A stretch of 64,000 nucleotides of DNA from Centroscyllium fabricii (GCA_051313645.2 JBNRSN020000008.1:191456001-191520000), one strand, 5' to 3'; shown: positions 22,812-35,219, counted from the stretch's first letter. The notes: a model not told the origin generated them from the sequence alone. Translations and numbers: made by a program.

Positions 22812-25518
22812 GGTCACAGTAATAACCCACAGCACTACAGTCGCAGTAATAGCCCACAGCGCTACAGTCACAGTAATAGCCCACATCACTAGTCACAGCA
22901 ATAGCCCACATCACTGGTCACAATAATAGCCCACAGCACCAATCATAGTAATAGCCCACAGGGCTAGTCAAAGTATTAGCCCACAGCGCCAGTCACAGTA
23001 ATAGCCCACAGCGCTACAGTCACAGTAATAGCCCACATCACTAGTCACAATAGCCCACATCACTAGTCACAATAATAGCCCACAGCACCAATCATAGTAA
23101 TAGCCCACAGCGCTAGTCACAGTAATAGCCCACAGCGCCAGTCACAGTAATAGCCCACAGCGCTAGTCACAGTAATAGCCCACAGCGCTACAGTCACAGT
23201 AATAGCCCACAGCGCCAGTCACAGTAATAGCCCACAGCGCTACAGTCACAGTAATAGCCCACATCACTAGTCACAACAATAGCCCACATCACTAGTCACA
23301 ATAATAGCCCACAGCACCAATCATAGTAATAGCCCACAGCGCCAGTCACAGTAATAGCCCACAGCGCCAGTCACAGTAATAGCCCACAGCGCTACAGTCA
23401 CAGTAATAGCCCACAGCGCTAGTCACAGTAATAGCCCACAGCGCCAGTCACAGTAATAGCCCACAGCGCTACAGTCACAGTAATAGCCCACAGCACTAGT
23501 CACAGTAATAGCCCACAGAGCTAGTCACAGTAATAGCCCAGAGCGCGTCACAGTAATAGCCCACAGCGCTACTGTCACAGTAATAGCTCACAGCGCTACA
23601 ATCACAGGAATAGCTCACAGCACTACAATCACAGTAATAGCTCACAGCACTACAATCACAGTAATAGCCCACAGCGCTAGTCACAGTAATAGCCCACAGT
23701 GCTAGTCACAGTAATAGTCCACAGTGCTAAAGTCACAGTAATATCCCACAGCGCCAGTCACAGTAACAGCCCACAGCGCTACAGTCACAGTAATAGCCCA
23801 CAGCGCTACAGTCACAGTAATAGCCCACAGCGCCACAGTCACATTAATAGCCCACAGCGCTACAATCACAATAGCCCACAGCGCTACAACATCACAATAG
23901 CCCATAGCGCTACAATCACAATAGCCCACAGCGCTAGGCACAGTAATAGATTACAGCACTAATCACAGTAATAGCCCAGAGTGCCAGTCATAGTAATAAC
24001 CCACAGCGCTAGTCCAGGAATAGCCCACAGCGGTAGTCACAGTAGTAGCCACAGCGGTAGTCACAGTAATAGCCCACAGTGGTAGTCACAGTAATAGCCC
24101 ACAGTGGTAGTCACAGTACCTGTAATAGCCCACAGCGCAACAGTTCCAGTAATAGCCCATGGCGCTACAGTTCCAGTAATAGCCCACAGCACTAGTCACA
24201 GTAATAGCCCACAGCGCTAGTCATAGTAATATTCCACAGCGCTCCAGTCACAGTAATAGCCCACAGCGCTAGTCAAAGTAATAGCCAACAGCACTAGTCA
24301 CAGTAATACCCCACAGCGCTAGTCACATTAATAGCCCACGTCGCTACAATCACAGTAATAGCTCACAGTGCTAGTCATTGTAATAGATCACAGCGCTACA
24401 GTCACGGTAATAGCCCACAGTGCTAGTCACAGTAACAGCCCATGGCGCTACAGTCACAGTAATAGCCCACAGCGGTAGTCACAGTAATAGACCACAGCGC
24501 TAGTCACAGTAATAGCCCACTGCGCTAGTCACAGTAATAGCTCAGTGCTACAATCACAATAGCCCACAGCGCTAGTCACAGTAATAACCCACAGCGCTAG
24601 TCACAGTAATAGCCCACAGCGCTAGTCACAGTAATAGCCCACAGCGCTAGTCACAGTAATAGCCCACAGCGCTAGTCACAGTAATAGCCCACAGCGCTAC
24701 AGTCACAGTAATAACCCACAGCGCTAGTCACAGTAATAGCCCACAGCGCTAGTCACAGTAATAGCCCACAGCGCTAGTCACAGTAATAGCCCACAGCACT
24801 TCTGTCACAGTAATAGACCACAGAGCTAGTCACAGTAATAGCCCAGAGCGCCAGTCACAGCAACAGCCCACAGCGCTAGGCACAGTAATAGCCCACAGCG
24901 CTCCAGTCAAAGTAATAGCCCACAGCGCTGCAGTCACAATAGCAGCCCACGGTGCCAGTCACTGCAGTAGCCCACTGCGCTAGTCACATTAATAGCCCAC
25001 AGCACTACAATCACAATAGACCACAGTGCTACAATAACAGTAATAGCCCACTGCGCTAGTCACATTAATAGCCCACTGCGCTAGTCACATTAATAGCCTA
25101 CTGCGCTAGTCACATTAATAGCCCACAGCGCTACAATCACAATAGCCCACAGCACTAGTCACAGTAATAGCCCACAGCGCCAGTCACAGTAATAGCCCAC
25201 AGCGCTGGTCACAGTAATAGCTCACAGCGCTAATCACATTAATAGCCCACAGCGCTACAATCACAGTAATAGCTCACAGCGCTACAATCACAGTAATAGC
25301 CCACAGCGCCAGTCACAGTAATAGCTCACAGCGCTACAATCACAGTAATAGCCCACAGCACTAGTCACAGTAATAGCCCACAGAGCTAGTCACAGTAATA
25401 GCCCAGAGCGTGTCACAGTGATAGCCCACAGCGCTACAATCACAGTAACAGCTCACAGCGGTACAGTCACAGTAATAGCCCACAGCGCTACAGTCACAGT
25501 AATAGTCCACAGCGCTAT
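22812..25518. repeat. Large minisatellite, 22/24-bp unit AGTCACAGTAATAGCCCACAGCGCT(AC), left arm
   Basis: More than 100 tandem units with variants. Confidence 0.97.
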
Positions 25519-25835
25519 TGTAGAAATCGGCAGATTTCTAACCAAAGAATGAAGTCTACACAGAGGAGCGATTTAAAATAGGTCTTTACTCAAAGCTGTC
25601 GTCGATGGGACTGGCTGTGCAGTCCTGCGCGCAACGTGATGACGTCATCACATGGGCCCGCGTTTTACCGCGTTCTTAAAGGGGACACGCCCCGCACATC
25701 CAAAAGATACATTAACAGTACACTGATGCCTAACACCATGGCTGAATGTCCGGCTGGTTTTAGGACTCTGTTGAAGAGAATTATGTACATTAGAATTATC
25801 TACAATTATATACAACAGACGGTGGACCTGCCACA
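25519..25835 (-). repeat. 3' LTR of the Gypsy element
   Basis: TGTAGAAATCGG...GGACCTGCCACA; direct repeat of 29289-29603. Confidence 0.95.
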
Positions 25836-25869
25836 TGCGCACCCCCAGAATTCTCTTTAATGGACAGAG

Positions 25870-27247
25870 TCAAACGTTGAGGAGATCTGACGAGCCTGCC
25901 CGAACGGCTTCTATCTTCAGAAGGCGGAGATTGCGGTGTGGCTGGTGGGTAGGCACGACGGCGGACAGTCTACCTCGCCTCGGCGGCTGTGCTGTCTGGA
26001 CAGGGGAGTCGGGATCCAGATGAGCCGGCTTGAGGTGGTCGACTGAGACGTGGTTAGCTTTGCCTCCAACGTCGACAGTGAAGGACTTGTCACCCGTCTC
26101 CAACACGTGGAAAGGGCCGGGATATGGGGCCTTGAGAGGATCCCTGTGGGCATCATGCTGAATGAAGATGTATCCAGCGTCATGAAGTTCCTTGGGGACG
26201 TGGGAGCGCTGATGCCCGTAATGTGAAGTAGGAACTGGACGAAAACGTCTGGTGGCCTCCTGATGTTGGGCTAGCTGAGCCAATGCAGACCATGGCTTGG
26301 TAGTGGTTGGTATAAATTCACCCGGAACTCTCAGTGGCTGGCCGTACACCAATTCTGCCGAGAAAGTGTGAAGATCCTCCTTAAGGGCTGTATGAAGACC
26401 CAACAGGATCCACGGCAGCTTATCCACCCAACCTGCGTCCTGGAGACTGGCCCTCAGTGCGGCCTTCATTGATCGATGGAACTGCTCACAGAGGTCGTTC
26501 GTGTGAGGGTGGTAAGCTGTGGTTCGGTGCAGTTTGGTGCCAAGCCACTGGGCCACTGCGTTCCAGAGCTCAAAAGTGAACTGTGGGCCTCTGTCCGAGG
26601 AGATGTCAGATGAAACCCCGAAACGGGCGACCTACGTGGAGATGAACGTCTGGCCACATCCGCCGAAGTGGTAGAGGCGAGCAGGAATGCCTCTGGCCAT
26701 CTGGTGGCGCGGTCGACCATTGTAAGAATATGCGAGAAATCCTGGGATGGTAGAAGAGAGCCAACCAAATCCACTTTGACATGGTCGAACCGACGCTCTG
26801 GGACTGTGAAGGGTGCAAGTGGCACCTTGATGTGTCGATGTATTTTGGACTTTTGGCAGACTACACCGGTATTTGCCCAGTCTCGGACAGCTTTATGTCG
26901 GCCATGCCAGACGAATTTTGCTGACATCAGCTTCTGGGAGGCCTTCATGCCAGCATGTGACAACTCGCGGACAGCGTCGAAAACTTTGCGGCGCCAAGCG
27001 ACCAGCACGATGGGTCGAGGCTCTTGCACCGAGACGTCGCACAGCAGCGTGGTACCTGCGGAGTGGAAGTGGACGTCTGTCAGCTGGAGGCCTGTGGCAG
27101 CTGTCCTGTACGCCTGGACGTCCGGGTCTGTAACTTGATCCGCCGCCATGTGGGCATAATCGATGCCCAAATGTACAGTGTGGATGGCTGCTCGGGAGAG
27201 ACAGTCTGCCACCAGGTTGTCCTTACCAGCCATGTGCTGAATATCAG
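25870..27247 (-). pseudogene. Gypsy pol remnant: RNase H end, integrase and GPY/F module (frameshifted)
   Basis: DIQHMAGKDNLVADCLSR, RFDHVKVDLVGSL, TMVDRATRWPEA, TTAYHPHTNDLCEQFHRSMK, PYPGPFHVL. Confidence 0.92.
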
Positions 27248-27249
27248 TA

Positions 27250-27657
27250 CAGGTTGAGCACCGTTAATCCGGACACAGTTTGTCCGGCAACTTCAAACGT
27301 CCAGCACGAATCTGGCCGACTGGTGCGCGCATGCGCAAAATGGCCGCCGCGCTTGGCTGCGCATGCCCAGGCCTCTCCCCGACTGGTCTGCGCATGAGCA
27401 AAATGGCCACCGCGCTTGGCTGCGCATGCCCAGGTCTCTCCCCGACTGGTCTGTGCAGGCGCAAAATGGCCGCCGCGCCTGGCTGCGCATGCCCGGGCCT
27501 CCCCGATTGGTCTGCACATGCGCAATATGGCCGCCACGCTTGGCTGCGCATGCTCGGGCCTCTCGGCGAGTGCATGCGCAGACCATTCAATAATTTTGCA
27601 GTGGCCATTTTGAATGCTCTGCGCATGCGTTCGCCGAACTTCAATCATTCGGCTTTT
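27250..27657. mobile_element. pogo/Tigger-like MITE, right end deleted, inserted in Gypsy pol
   Basis: TA|CAGGTTGAGCACCGTTAATCCGG TIR and four internal repeats of about 63 bp; same family as 47125, 50313 and 61123. Confidence 0.85.
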
Positions 27658-28560
27658 TCCATCAGATGCTGGAAAGCCTGGGCATCATTCTTCAAGCCGA
27701 ACAGCATTCTAAGGAACTCAAAGAGGCCCAACGGGGTGCTGACTGCGGTCTTCTGGACAGCTTGTGGGTGCACTGGAACCTGATGGCAGCCCCGGACAAG
27801 GTCGACCTTGGAGAAAATGGTATTGCCTGCCAAATGGGCAGAGAAATCTTGGATATGGGGGATCGGGTAACGATCCGGTGTGGTGGCATCGTTCAGACGA
27901 CGGTGGTCACCCCAGGGCCGCCAGCTGCTGCCAGGTTTCGGGACGATGTGGAGCTGCGAGGACCAGGCACTATTCGACCAGCGAATAATCCCCAGCCGCT
28001 CCATCGTCGCAAACTCCGCCTTCGCGACTGCCATCTTGCCGGGTTCGAGGTGTCGAGCCCGCGGGGGGCCGCTGGTGGAGATGTGGTGTTCCACTCCATG
28101 TTTGGCGGATGAGGAGGAGAAAGTGGGCTGTGTAAGGCCGGGGAATTCACCCAGGAGGTGAGCAAAATCATCGGGGGTTGGCAACGCACAGGAGACCGTG
28201 TGTGCTGTCGTGTTACTATGAACACGGCAGTGAATTAAATATTGTCGCTTTGAACAACCGCAGATTCCGGACGTCAACCAGTAGGCTGTTGGCGCATAGA
28301 AAATCCGCACCGAGGAGGGACTGGGAAACCTTAGCCGCGACGAAATCCCAGTGGAAGCGCTGGCCACCGAAACACACTTCAACCCGCCGCCTGCCGAAGG
28401 TCTGGATCGTACCGCCATTGGCCACTTCGAGGGTGTGTCCGCGGTGCCCTGCCTGGATGTCGAGGGTGGACGCGGGCAGAATGCTGCACTGCGCACCGGT
28501 GTCGCCAGAAACCGTCGGTCCGAAAGGGAGTCAGTTATAAAAAGTAGCTTTCGTGCACAG
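27658..28560 (-). pseudogene. Gypsy protease and N-terminal RT remnant
   Basis: DTGAQCSILP (frameshifted aspartic protease), HRRLNDATTPDRYPIPHIQDF, IFSKVDLVRG.HQVPV, KTAVSTPLGLFEFLRMLFGLKN; ends before YxDD. Confidence 0.92.
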
Positions 28561-28590
28561 ACGACCGCCATTGCTGCTGCGGGCAGCTTG

Positions 28591-29243
28591 CTAAATCTGG
28601 TCTGCTGTGGTAGCGGCGTCAGTTGGGCAGGTTTTATTTTGAGGAGAACGTGCAGCAGGGTGGCAGCGCTTCGTGCCGAGCTGCGCATGATAAAAGCAGA
28701 GGCCCACAGCTTGACGAGCTGGGGCATTGTCAGTGGGGGCTGAGTGCCTCGTGGCAGCGCAGCAGTGTCGAGTGACCGCGAAAATTTTATCGGCCTCAGC
28801 CGCGAGGTCGGCGATCGAGGAGCCAGCTCGGGTGGCTTGCACCTGTTCGGGTAGCTGGCTAAGGAATAACTCTCGGAAGAGAAAACATTGCAGTTCGGAG
28901 TCCAGGAGCGTGAGGCATTTGGCTCATTAACTCTGAGGGCTTGGAGTCCCCGGGGCCGGGCATCGAGAGCAGTCGACGAGCGCGCTCAGCTTCGGAGAGG
29001 CCGAAAACTTGGAGTAATCGCGTTTTCAGAGCTTCATACTTGCCATGATATGGGGGACTTTCCAGGAGGCTGATGACCCAGGAGACTGTGGAGCTGTCGA
29101 GGGCGGCGACCACGTAAAGAAATTTGGTCTGATCCGCCACGATGTCTCGCAGTGCGAACTGGGCCTCGACTTGCACAAACCACGCAGGCGCCTGCTGCGC
29201 CCAGAATTGCGGCAGTTTCAGGGCCACAGCGTTTGCTGCCATC
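28591..29243 (-). pseudogene. Gypsy gag remnant
   Basis: MAANAVALKLPQFWAQQAPAWFVQVEAQFALRDI...GDSKPSELM and LAAEADKIF...LCFYHAQLG; frameshifted. Confidence 0.88.
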
Positions 29244-29288
29244 TTCTTGGAATAGTCGGTGAAAGCGTTCACCAACTCGGGTCACCAA

Positions 29289-29603
29289 TGTAGAAATCGG
29301 CAGATTCCTAACCAAAGAATGAAGTCTACACAGAGGAGCGATTAACAATAGGTCTTTACTCAAAGCTGTCGTCGATGGGACTGGCTGCGCAGTCCCGTGC
29401 CCAACGTGATGACGTCATCACATGGGCCAGCGTTTTCCCGCGCTCTTGAAGGGGACACGCCCCATACATACAAAAGATACATTAACAGTACATTGATGCC
29501 TAACACCATGGTTGAATGTCCGGCTGGTGTTAGGACTTTGTTAGAGAATTATGTACATCAGAATTATATACCGTTATATACAACTGACGGTGGACCTGCC
29601 ACA
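29289..29603 (-). repeat. 5' LTR of the Gypsy element
   Basis: Direct repeat of 25519-25835; the PBS is adjacent at about 29277-29288. Confidence 0.95.
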
Positions 29604-30135
29604 CTACAGTCACAGTAATAGCCCACAGCGCTACTGTCACAATAATAGCCCACAGCACCAGTCACAGTAATAGCCCACAGCGCTAGTCACAGTAATAGCC
29701 CACAGCGCTAGTCACAGTAATAGCCCACAGCGCTACTGTCACAGTAATAGCCCACAGCACTAGTCATAGTAATAGCCCACAGCGCCAATCACAGTAATAG
29801 TCCACAGTGCTACAGTCACAGTAATAGTCCACAGTGCTAGTCACAGTAATAGTCCACAGCGCTAGTCACAGTAATAGTCCACAGCGCTAGTCACAGCAAT
29901 AGTCCACAGCACTACAGTCACAGTAATAGCCCACAGCACTAGTCACAGTGATAGCCCACAGCGCTAGTCACAGTAATAGCCCACAGTGCTAGTCACAGTA
30001 ATAGTCCACAGTGCTACAGTCACAGTAATAGCCCACAGCACTAGTCACAGCAATAGTCCACAGCACTACAGTCACAGCACTAGTCACAGTAATAGCCCAC
30101 AGTGCTAGTCACAGTAATAGCCCACAGCACTACAG
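29604..30135. repeat. Large minisatellite, right arm (same unit as 22812-25518)
   Basis: Resumes in register after the LTR. Confidence 0.97.
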
Positions 30136-30344
30136 TAGCAGTCACTTGGCACAGCAGTGCCCACCTGCTGGTCATTTACTACAGTGCTACACCAATGTCA
30201 GTCACACGGCATGGTTGCTGATGCCTACGGAGAGAAACTTACCTTCCAGATCCCTGACCAATTTCACCAAGAACAGCAAGTGCTGTTCTACTGGAACAAG
30301 ACCGTGACCTGCAAAGTATTTCCACTCAACTTATGTCTTTTCCC

Positions 30345-30922
30345 AGAGGTGCTGATCCTTGCTGGAATATGGTCCCACGGGTGCCATTTCTTGCTGGGAT
30401 ATTGTTCCATGGGTGCCATTTCTTGCTGGGGTTTGGTTTCACGGGTGCTGATCCTTGCTGAGGTATGGGCTCACGGGTGCTGATCCTTGTTGGGATATGG
30501 TCCCACGGGTGTTGATCATTGCTGGGATAATGGCCCACGGATACTGATGCTTGCTGGGATAATGGCCCACAGGTACTGATGCTTGCTGGGATAATGGCCC
30601 ACGGGTACTGACCTTGCTGGGATAATGGTCCCATGGGTAGTGATGCTTGCTGGGATAATGGCCCACGGGTACTGATCCTTGCTGGGATAATGGCTCGCGG
30701 GTACTGATCCTTGCTGGGATAATGTCTCACGGGTACTGATCCTTGCTGGGATAATGGCCCACGGTGCCATTTCTTGCTGGGGTATGGCCCCCACGGGTGC
30801 TGATCCTTGCTGGGGTTTGGTTTCACGGGTGCTCATCCTTGCTGGGATTTGGTCCCACGGGTGCCGATTCTTCCTGGGGTATGGGCCCACGGGTCCTGAT
30901 TCTTGCTGGGGTGTGAGCCCAC
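30345..30922. repeat. Minisatellite, about 32-bp unit GGGTACTGATCCTTGCTGGGATAATGGCCCAC, about 18 copies
   Basis: Tandem diverged units. Confidence 0.92.
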
Positions 30923-31697
30923 AGATGCCGAGCACACTCCCGTAATTCACCCAAAGGGCCACGCTTCGTCAGTCGACTTAAGACAGTGATTGTCGGCAGG
31001 TTATTAAACTGCAGGGGGCATCACGGCCAAAGCGGAGTCAGTTGCTCATCATTCACATTCTAATGAACAGCAGGCAACACAGCTGCGATTTTAACCCCTT
31101 CCAATGCCCAGAGTCCAAAGGCCAATCCTAGCAATCCCAACTACACTGCCCTAGCTGAGATCAGCTGACTCAATACAGGCAGGGGATCAATCCTGGCACC
31201 TTCCATGGATTCACAGCTGAGTTGGACACTCAGTGTATTTACCAACCAAGCCACTGGGGGGGCTCTTTTTGTGCACCATTCAATAACCACTAATTATCGA
31301 GGACACAATATACGGCGTCATCATTTCTGGGTGTCGTTTGCAAATGGAACGATGCTCTGAAAAGGGAGCACAGAAACCATGTAATGACTGCACACATAGA
31401 ATGGGCATAACTCACCTTACCCAAGCTTAAAATTTCCTTAGCGGTTTACTGGCCCTGCGAGCAAATGTCTGTGCAGAGCTTGGCTGAATGCCCTCTGCCC
31501 TCTGCCTGCCTGCCACCCCCCCCCCCCCCCACCCACCCCACAGTGGACTAGCTTGCTGACAATGTCTAGTCTCACACACAAAGGGTCAACCCGTGGGCCA
31601 GGTATCCCGCTGGAAAGTGCAGGTGTTGATATTCTGCGAGGACAGAATTGGGCTCAGCTGTGATTCACGTCATGTTTGACTAGCCTGCTAAAGAAAC

Positions 31698-32058
31698 ATC
31701 TAAGATTCTGAGCGGGCTTGACAGGGCAGATGCTGAGAGGTTGTTTCCCTTGGCTGGAAAGTCTAGAACTAGGGGTCATAGTCTCAGTTTAAGGGGTCAG
31801 CCATTTAGGGTTGAGATGAGGAGAGATTTTTTCACTTAGTATGTGAATGTTTGGAATTCTCCACCCCAGAGGGCTGTGGATGCTCAGTCATTGAGTACAA
31901 GACTGAGATCGATAGACTTTAGGATTCTAAAGGAATCAAGGGATATGGAGATCAGGCAGGAAAGTGGAATTGAGGTCGAAGATCAGCCATGATCTTATTG
32001 AATGATGGAGCAGGCTCGACGGGCCGTATGGTCGACTCCAGCTCCTAATTCTTATGTT
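31698..32058 (+). mobile_element. CR1 LINE 3' fragment
   Basis: TCTAGAACTAGGGGTCATAGTCTCAG...GATCAGCCATGATCTTATTGAATG tail. Confidence 0.85.
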
Positions 32059-32784
32059 AAAGCTCACTCTCACGACTCATAGATGAAGAACAAGTCACTT
32101 CAATGAGGAGGTTGTGGGTGTCTGTGGAGTGCACTCAAGGAAGGGCAACGCCTTCAGGAGAAGGAGGGAGATACACTGGGGACCGGGGGGCTGGGGGGAG
32201 ATGGGGAAACAAAACAACATCTTTCAAGTCAGTCACTGAAGTAAACACCCTGCTACAGCAATTCTTCAATCAAAAAATTAGCAGAGTGAACTTAGTTCAG
32301 TAAACTGCCTTCCTGGAACATCTCACTATAAATAGCAGCTTGCAGTCCATCGGCCCACATACTCAGCAGAAGCTGTCACAACAAATCTGTTCAACCAGCT
32401 TTAGACGAGCTGCAGGACCGATAATGGTATCCTTCTCATTCCATTCGCAGTCAGCCCATCCTGTCTGGCTCTTCCTTTCGCACTCGTGTCTCAGAAACAC
32501 AAAAAGCTGTCTGGGGAGTGGCCGCTGACCTTTGGAGTACAACAGTCCGTATGTCGTGCGTGGTCAAAGGTGCAGAAGAATCCAACCAGCATTTAGAACT
32601 CAAAACTAAAGACCGTTTTAACCCCAGATGAGAAAAGGAGGCAGGAATTTTACCCGGTGACCATTTAACCCAAGTTCAACTGTCCGGATTTCATTTTAAT
32701 GCTCATTAGGAAAGTAGCACGTAGTTTCAGCTTATTATGAGGAAGGCAATACTCTGCTTCATCTATAAGTAGAACTGAATAAAT

Positions 32785-32940
32785 CACTAACAGCACTGTG
32801 GGACTACCTTTACCACACGGACTGCAGCAGTTCAAGAAGGCAGCTCGACTCACCACCACCTTCTCAAGGGCAACTAGGGATGGGCAATAAATGCTGGTCC
32901 TCTCAGCAACGCCCACATCCCGAGAATGAAGAAAAAAATA
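32785..32940 (+). mobile_element. LINE/SINE 3' tail fragment (same tail as 44425-44590)
   Basis: GGACTGCAGCAGTTCAAGAAGGCAGC...GGGCAATAAATGCTGG...CCCACATCCC followed by poly(A). Confidence 0.7.
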
Positions 32941-33195
32941 ACAAGCATCACCGTGTTCTACTCTCCCCTCTTCCTCCTGCTTCCCGATTCTTGTAATTTG
33001 GACAATTCTTCCATAGGGGGACTAGGCGATCATGAGACTCCAAGTAGTGTTAATATACCATACACTGACTCATAACATCCAACTAAAACTTGCACTTATG
33101 TAGGGCATTATTATATCAAAATGCCTGAGTGTTTCATGGCCAGTAAATTACCTTTTGACGTACAGTGACCCCAAGTTAGGCAAACTCACACAGAT

Positions 33196-34482
33196 TTGAT
33201 AAAGTCCCGCATAGAAGACTGGTCAAGAAGGTAAGAGCCCATGGAATCCAGGACACCTTGGCACACTGGATCCAAAACTGGCTTAGTGGCAGAAGGCAGA
33301 GGGTGATGATCGCAGGTTGTTTTTCAATTCAATTCAATTTTATTGTTATTGCAGTGTACTGGTACAATACAACGAAACGTAGACTCGCCGCTCCCGAGAG
33401 TAATGCAAATAAGTTACATAACATGGGTTGCATACAATAAAGTGCATTTCAAGTGTGCAGATAATGGAGGGTTTTTTTGTGACTGGAAGCCTGTGTCCAG
33501 TGGAGTACCGCAGGGATCGGTGCTGGGTCCCTTGCTGTTTGTAGTCTACATTAATGATTTGGATATGAATATGATCAGTAAGTTCGCAGATGACACGAAA
33601 ATTGGTGAGGTGGTAAATAGCAAGGAGGGAAGCCTCAGTCTACAGGACGATATAGATGGGTTGGTCACATGGGCGGAACAGTGGCAAATGGAATTTAATC
33701 CTGAAAAGTGTGAGGTGATGCATTTTGGAAGGACTAACAAGGCAAGGGAATACACAATGAATGGGAAGACCCTAGGAAAGACAGAGGATCAGAGGGACCT
33801 TGGTGTGCATGTACATAGATCCCTGAAGGCAGCAGGACAGGTAGATAAAGTGGTTAAAAATGGCATATGGGATACTTGCCTTCATTAGCCGAGGCATAGA
33901 ATATAAGAGCAGGGAGGTTATGATTGAGCTGTAAAAAACGCTGGTAAGGCCACAGCTGGAGTACTGTGTGCAGTTCTGGTCGCCACACTATAGGAAGGAT
34001 GTGATTGCTTTGGAGAGGGTGCAGAGGAGATTCACCAGGATGTTACCTGGCCTGGAGTGTTTAAGCTATGAAGAAAGACTGGACAGGCTGGGGTTGTTTT
34101 CCTTGGAGCAGAGAAGGCTGAGGGGGGACCTGATTGAGGTGTACAATATTATGAGGGGAATAGATAGGGTAGATAGAAAGGAACTTTTTCCCTTAGTAGG
34201 GGGGTCAATAACAAGGCATAGTTTCAAAGTAAGGGGCAGGAGGTTTAATGGGGATTTGAGGAAGAACTTTTTCACCCAGAGGGTGGTTGGAATCTGGAAC
34301 TCACTGCCTGAAAGGGTGGTAGAGGCAGGAACCCTCAACATTCAAGAAGCATTTAGATGAGCACTAGAAATGCCATAGCATACAAGGCTATGGACCAAAT
34401 GCTGGAAAATGGGATGAGAATAGACAGGGCTTGATGGCCGGTGCGGACGCGATGGGCCGAAGGGCTTCTTTATGTGCTGTAA
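33196..34482 (+). mobile_element. CR1 LINE RT and 3' end, 5' truncated
   Basis: SGVPQGSVLGPLLFVVYINDLD, ISKFADDTK, QFWSPHYRKDVIALERVQRRFTRM; closely related to the copy at 39577-41100. Confidence 0.95.
33323..33466 (-). mobile_element. Rex1/Babar 3' end inserted in CR1
   Basis: Its reverse complement ends CAATAACAATAAAATTGAATTGAATTGAA, like 54470-54498. Confidence 0.7.
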
Positions 34483-34485
34483 AAA

Positions 34486-35219
34486 GAGCATGAAATTCGC
34501 CTGTTAGCACCTTAGGCGCGAATGGGCCAGCGCCGAATTAGCGCCAAAATTAGCGCCCCGCGCTAAATTCAGCTGGCCGCTAAACTGGGGGCTAACTGTT
34601 AGCGCCCCAATTAATTTAGCACCCAGCTGGACGTCCTCAATGATGTCATCAGGCTGCGCAGCGCCTGGGAGGCACTGCTGCCCGAAATTGGGCAGCGGCC
34701 GACATTTTATCGCGGCGCTCTGCCCACGTCAGCTTTTTTCTGTGCAAACAGCGGCACCCGAGCGCTGCTTAAAGGCAGGTGCGGCGGTCGGCCATTTTTA
34801 TTGCTGGCCAACCGCCAGCACCTTCCCCCTCTTCTTGCCCCAGCCTCCCCGGCGGGGTGAGGCTTCCCTCAGCTGAGCCTGGCACTTCCCCGGAGTGCCG
34901 GGCTCGTTAGGCGTCTCCCGGTCCCTCGGCGGCCCGGCGGGGCTCTCGCTGCAGCCACGCTAGGCCCCGCCCCTTTAATGGGGTAGGCTGGTCTGCCGTT
35001 CCGCGGGCCACCGCTGTGGTCTCCCTCGCACAGCGCGGCACCCAGGTATTCGGCCACCTCCCACAAAGAGCGAGGCGGCCCGCCTGATTTAGCGCCCGCC
35101 CAAAAGGAATGGGTGATGCGGCGAATATCGCCATTTTTGGCGCCAGCAATGAGCTGGTGCTAAAAATAGCGTATCGCCCAGGTCAGCGCCACTTTTTGTG
35201 CGCTGACCAATTTAGCCCC
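34486..35219. mobile_element. CpG-rich Harbinger-type non-autonomous element (putative) in a CR1 tail
   Basis: Imperfect TIRs GAGCATGAAATTCG / CCAATTTAGCCCC and repeated TTAGCGCC subterminal motifs. The CR1 tail (TATGACTC)n resumes at 35220. Confidence 0.55.

Larger units (their letters stand above)
25519..29603 (-). mobile_element. Ty3/Gypsy LTR retrotransposon, CsRn1-like lineage, decayed with an internal deletion
   Basis: Two LTRs of about 316 bp (TG..CA) and a 4-bp TSD CTAT/CTAC. PBS TGGTGACCCGA resembles tRNA-Trp and a PPT precedes the 3' LTR. Domain order is gag-PR-RT-(RH)-IN, with a CxxH-type Gag motif (LCFYHAQLG). Confidence 0.92.

Noticed and set aside
22588-23962. ORFs with SHSNSPQR or WAITVT repeats, and the ORFs at 30157-30962
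   Set aside because: By-products of minisatellite periodicity
27645-28727. 360-aa ORF as an intact gene
   Set aside because: It is a frameshifted Gypsy gag/protease region joined to a truncated RT lacking YxDD
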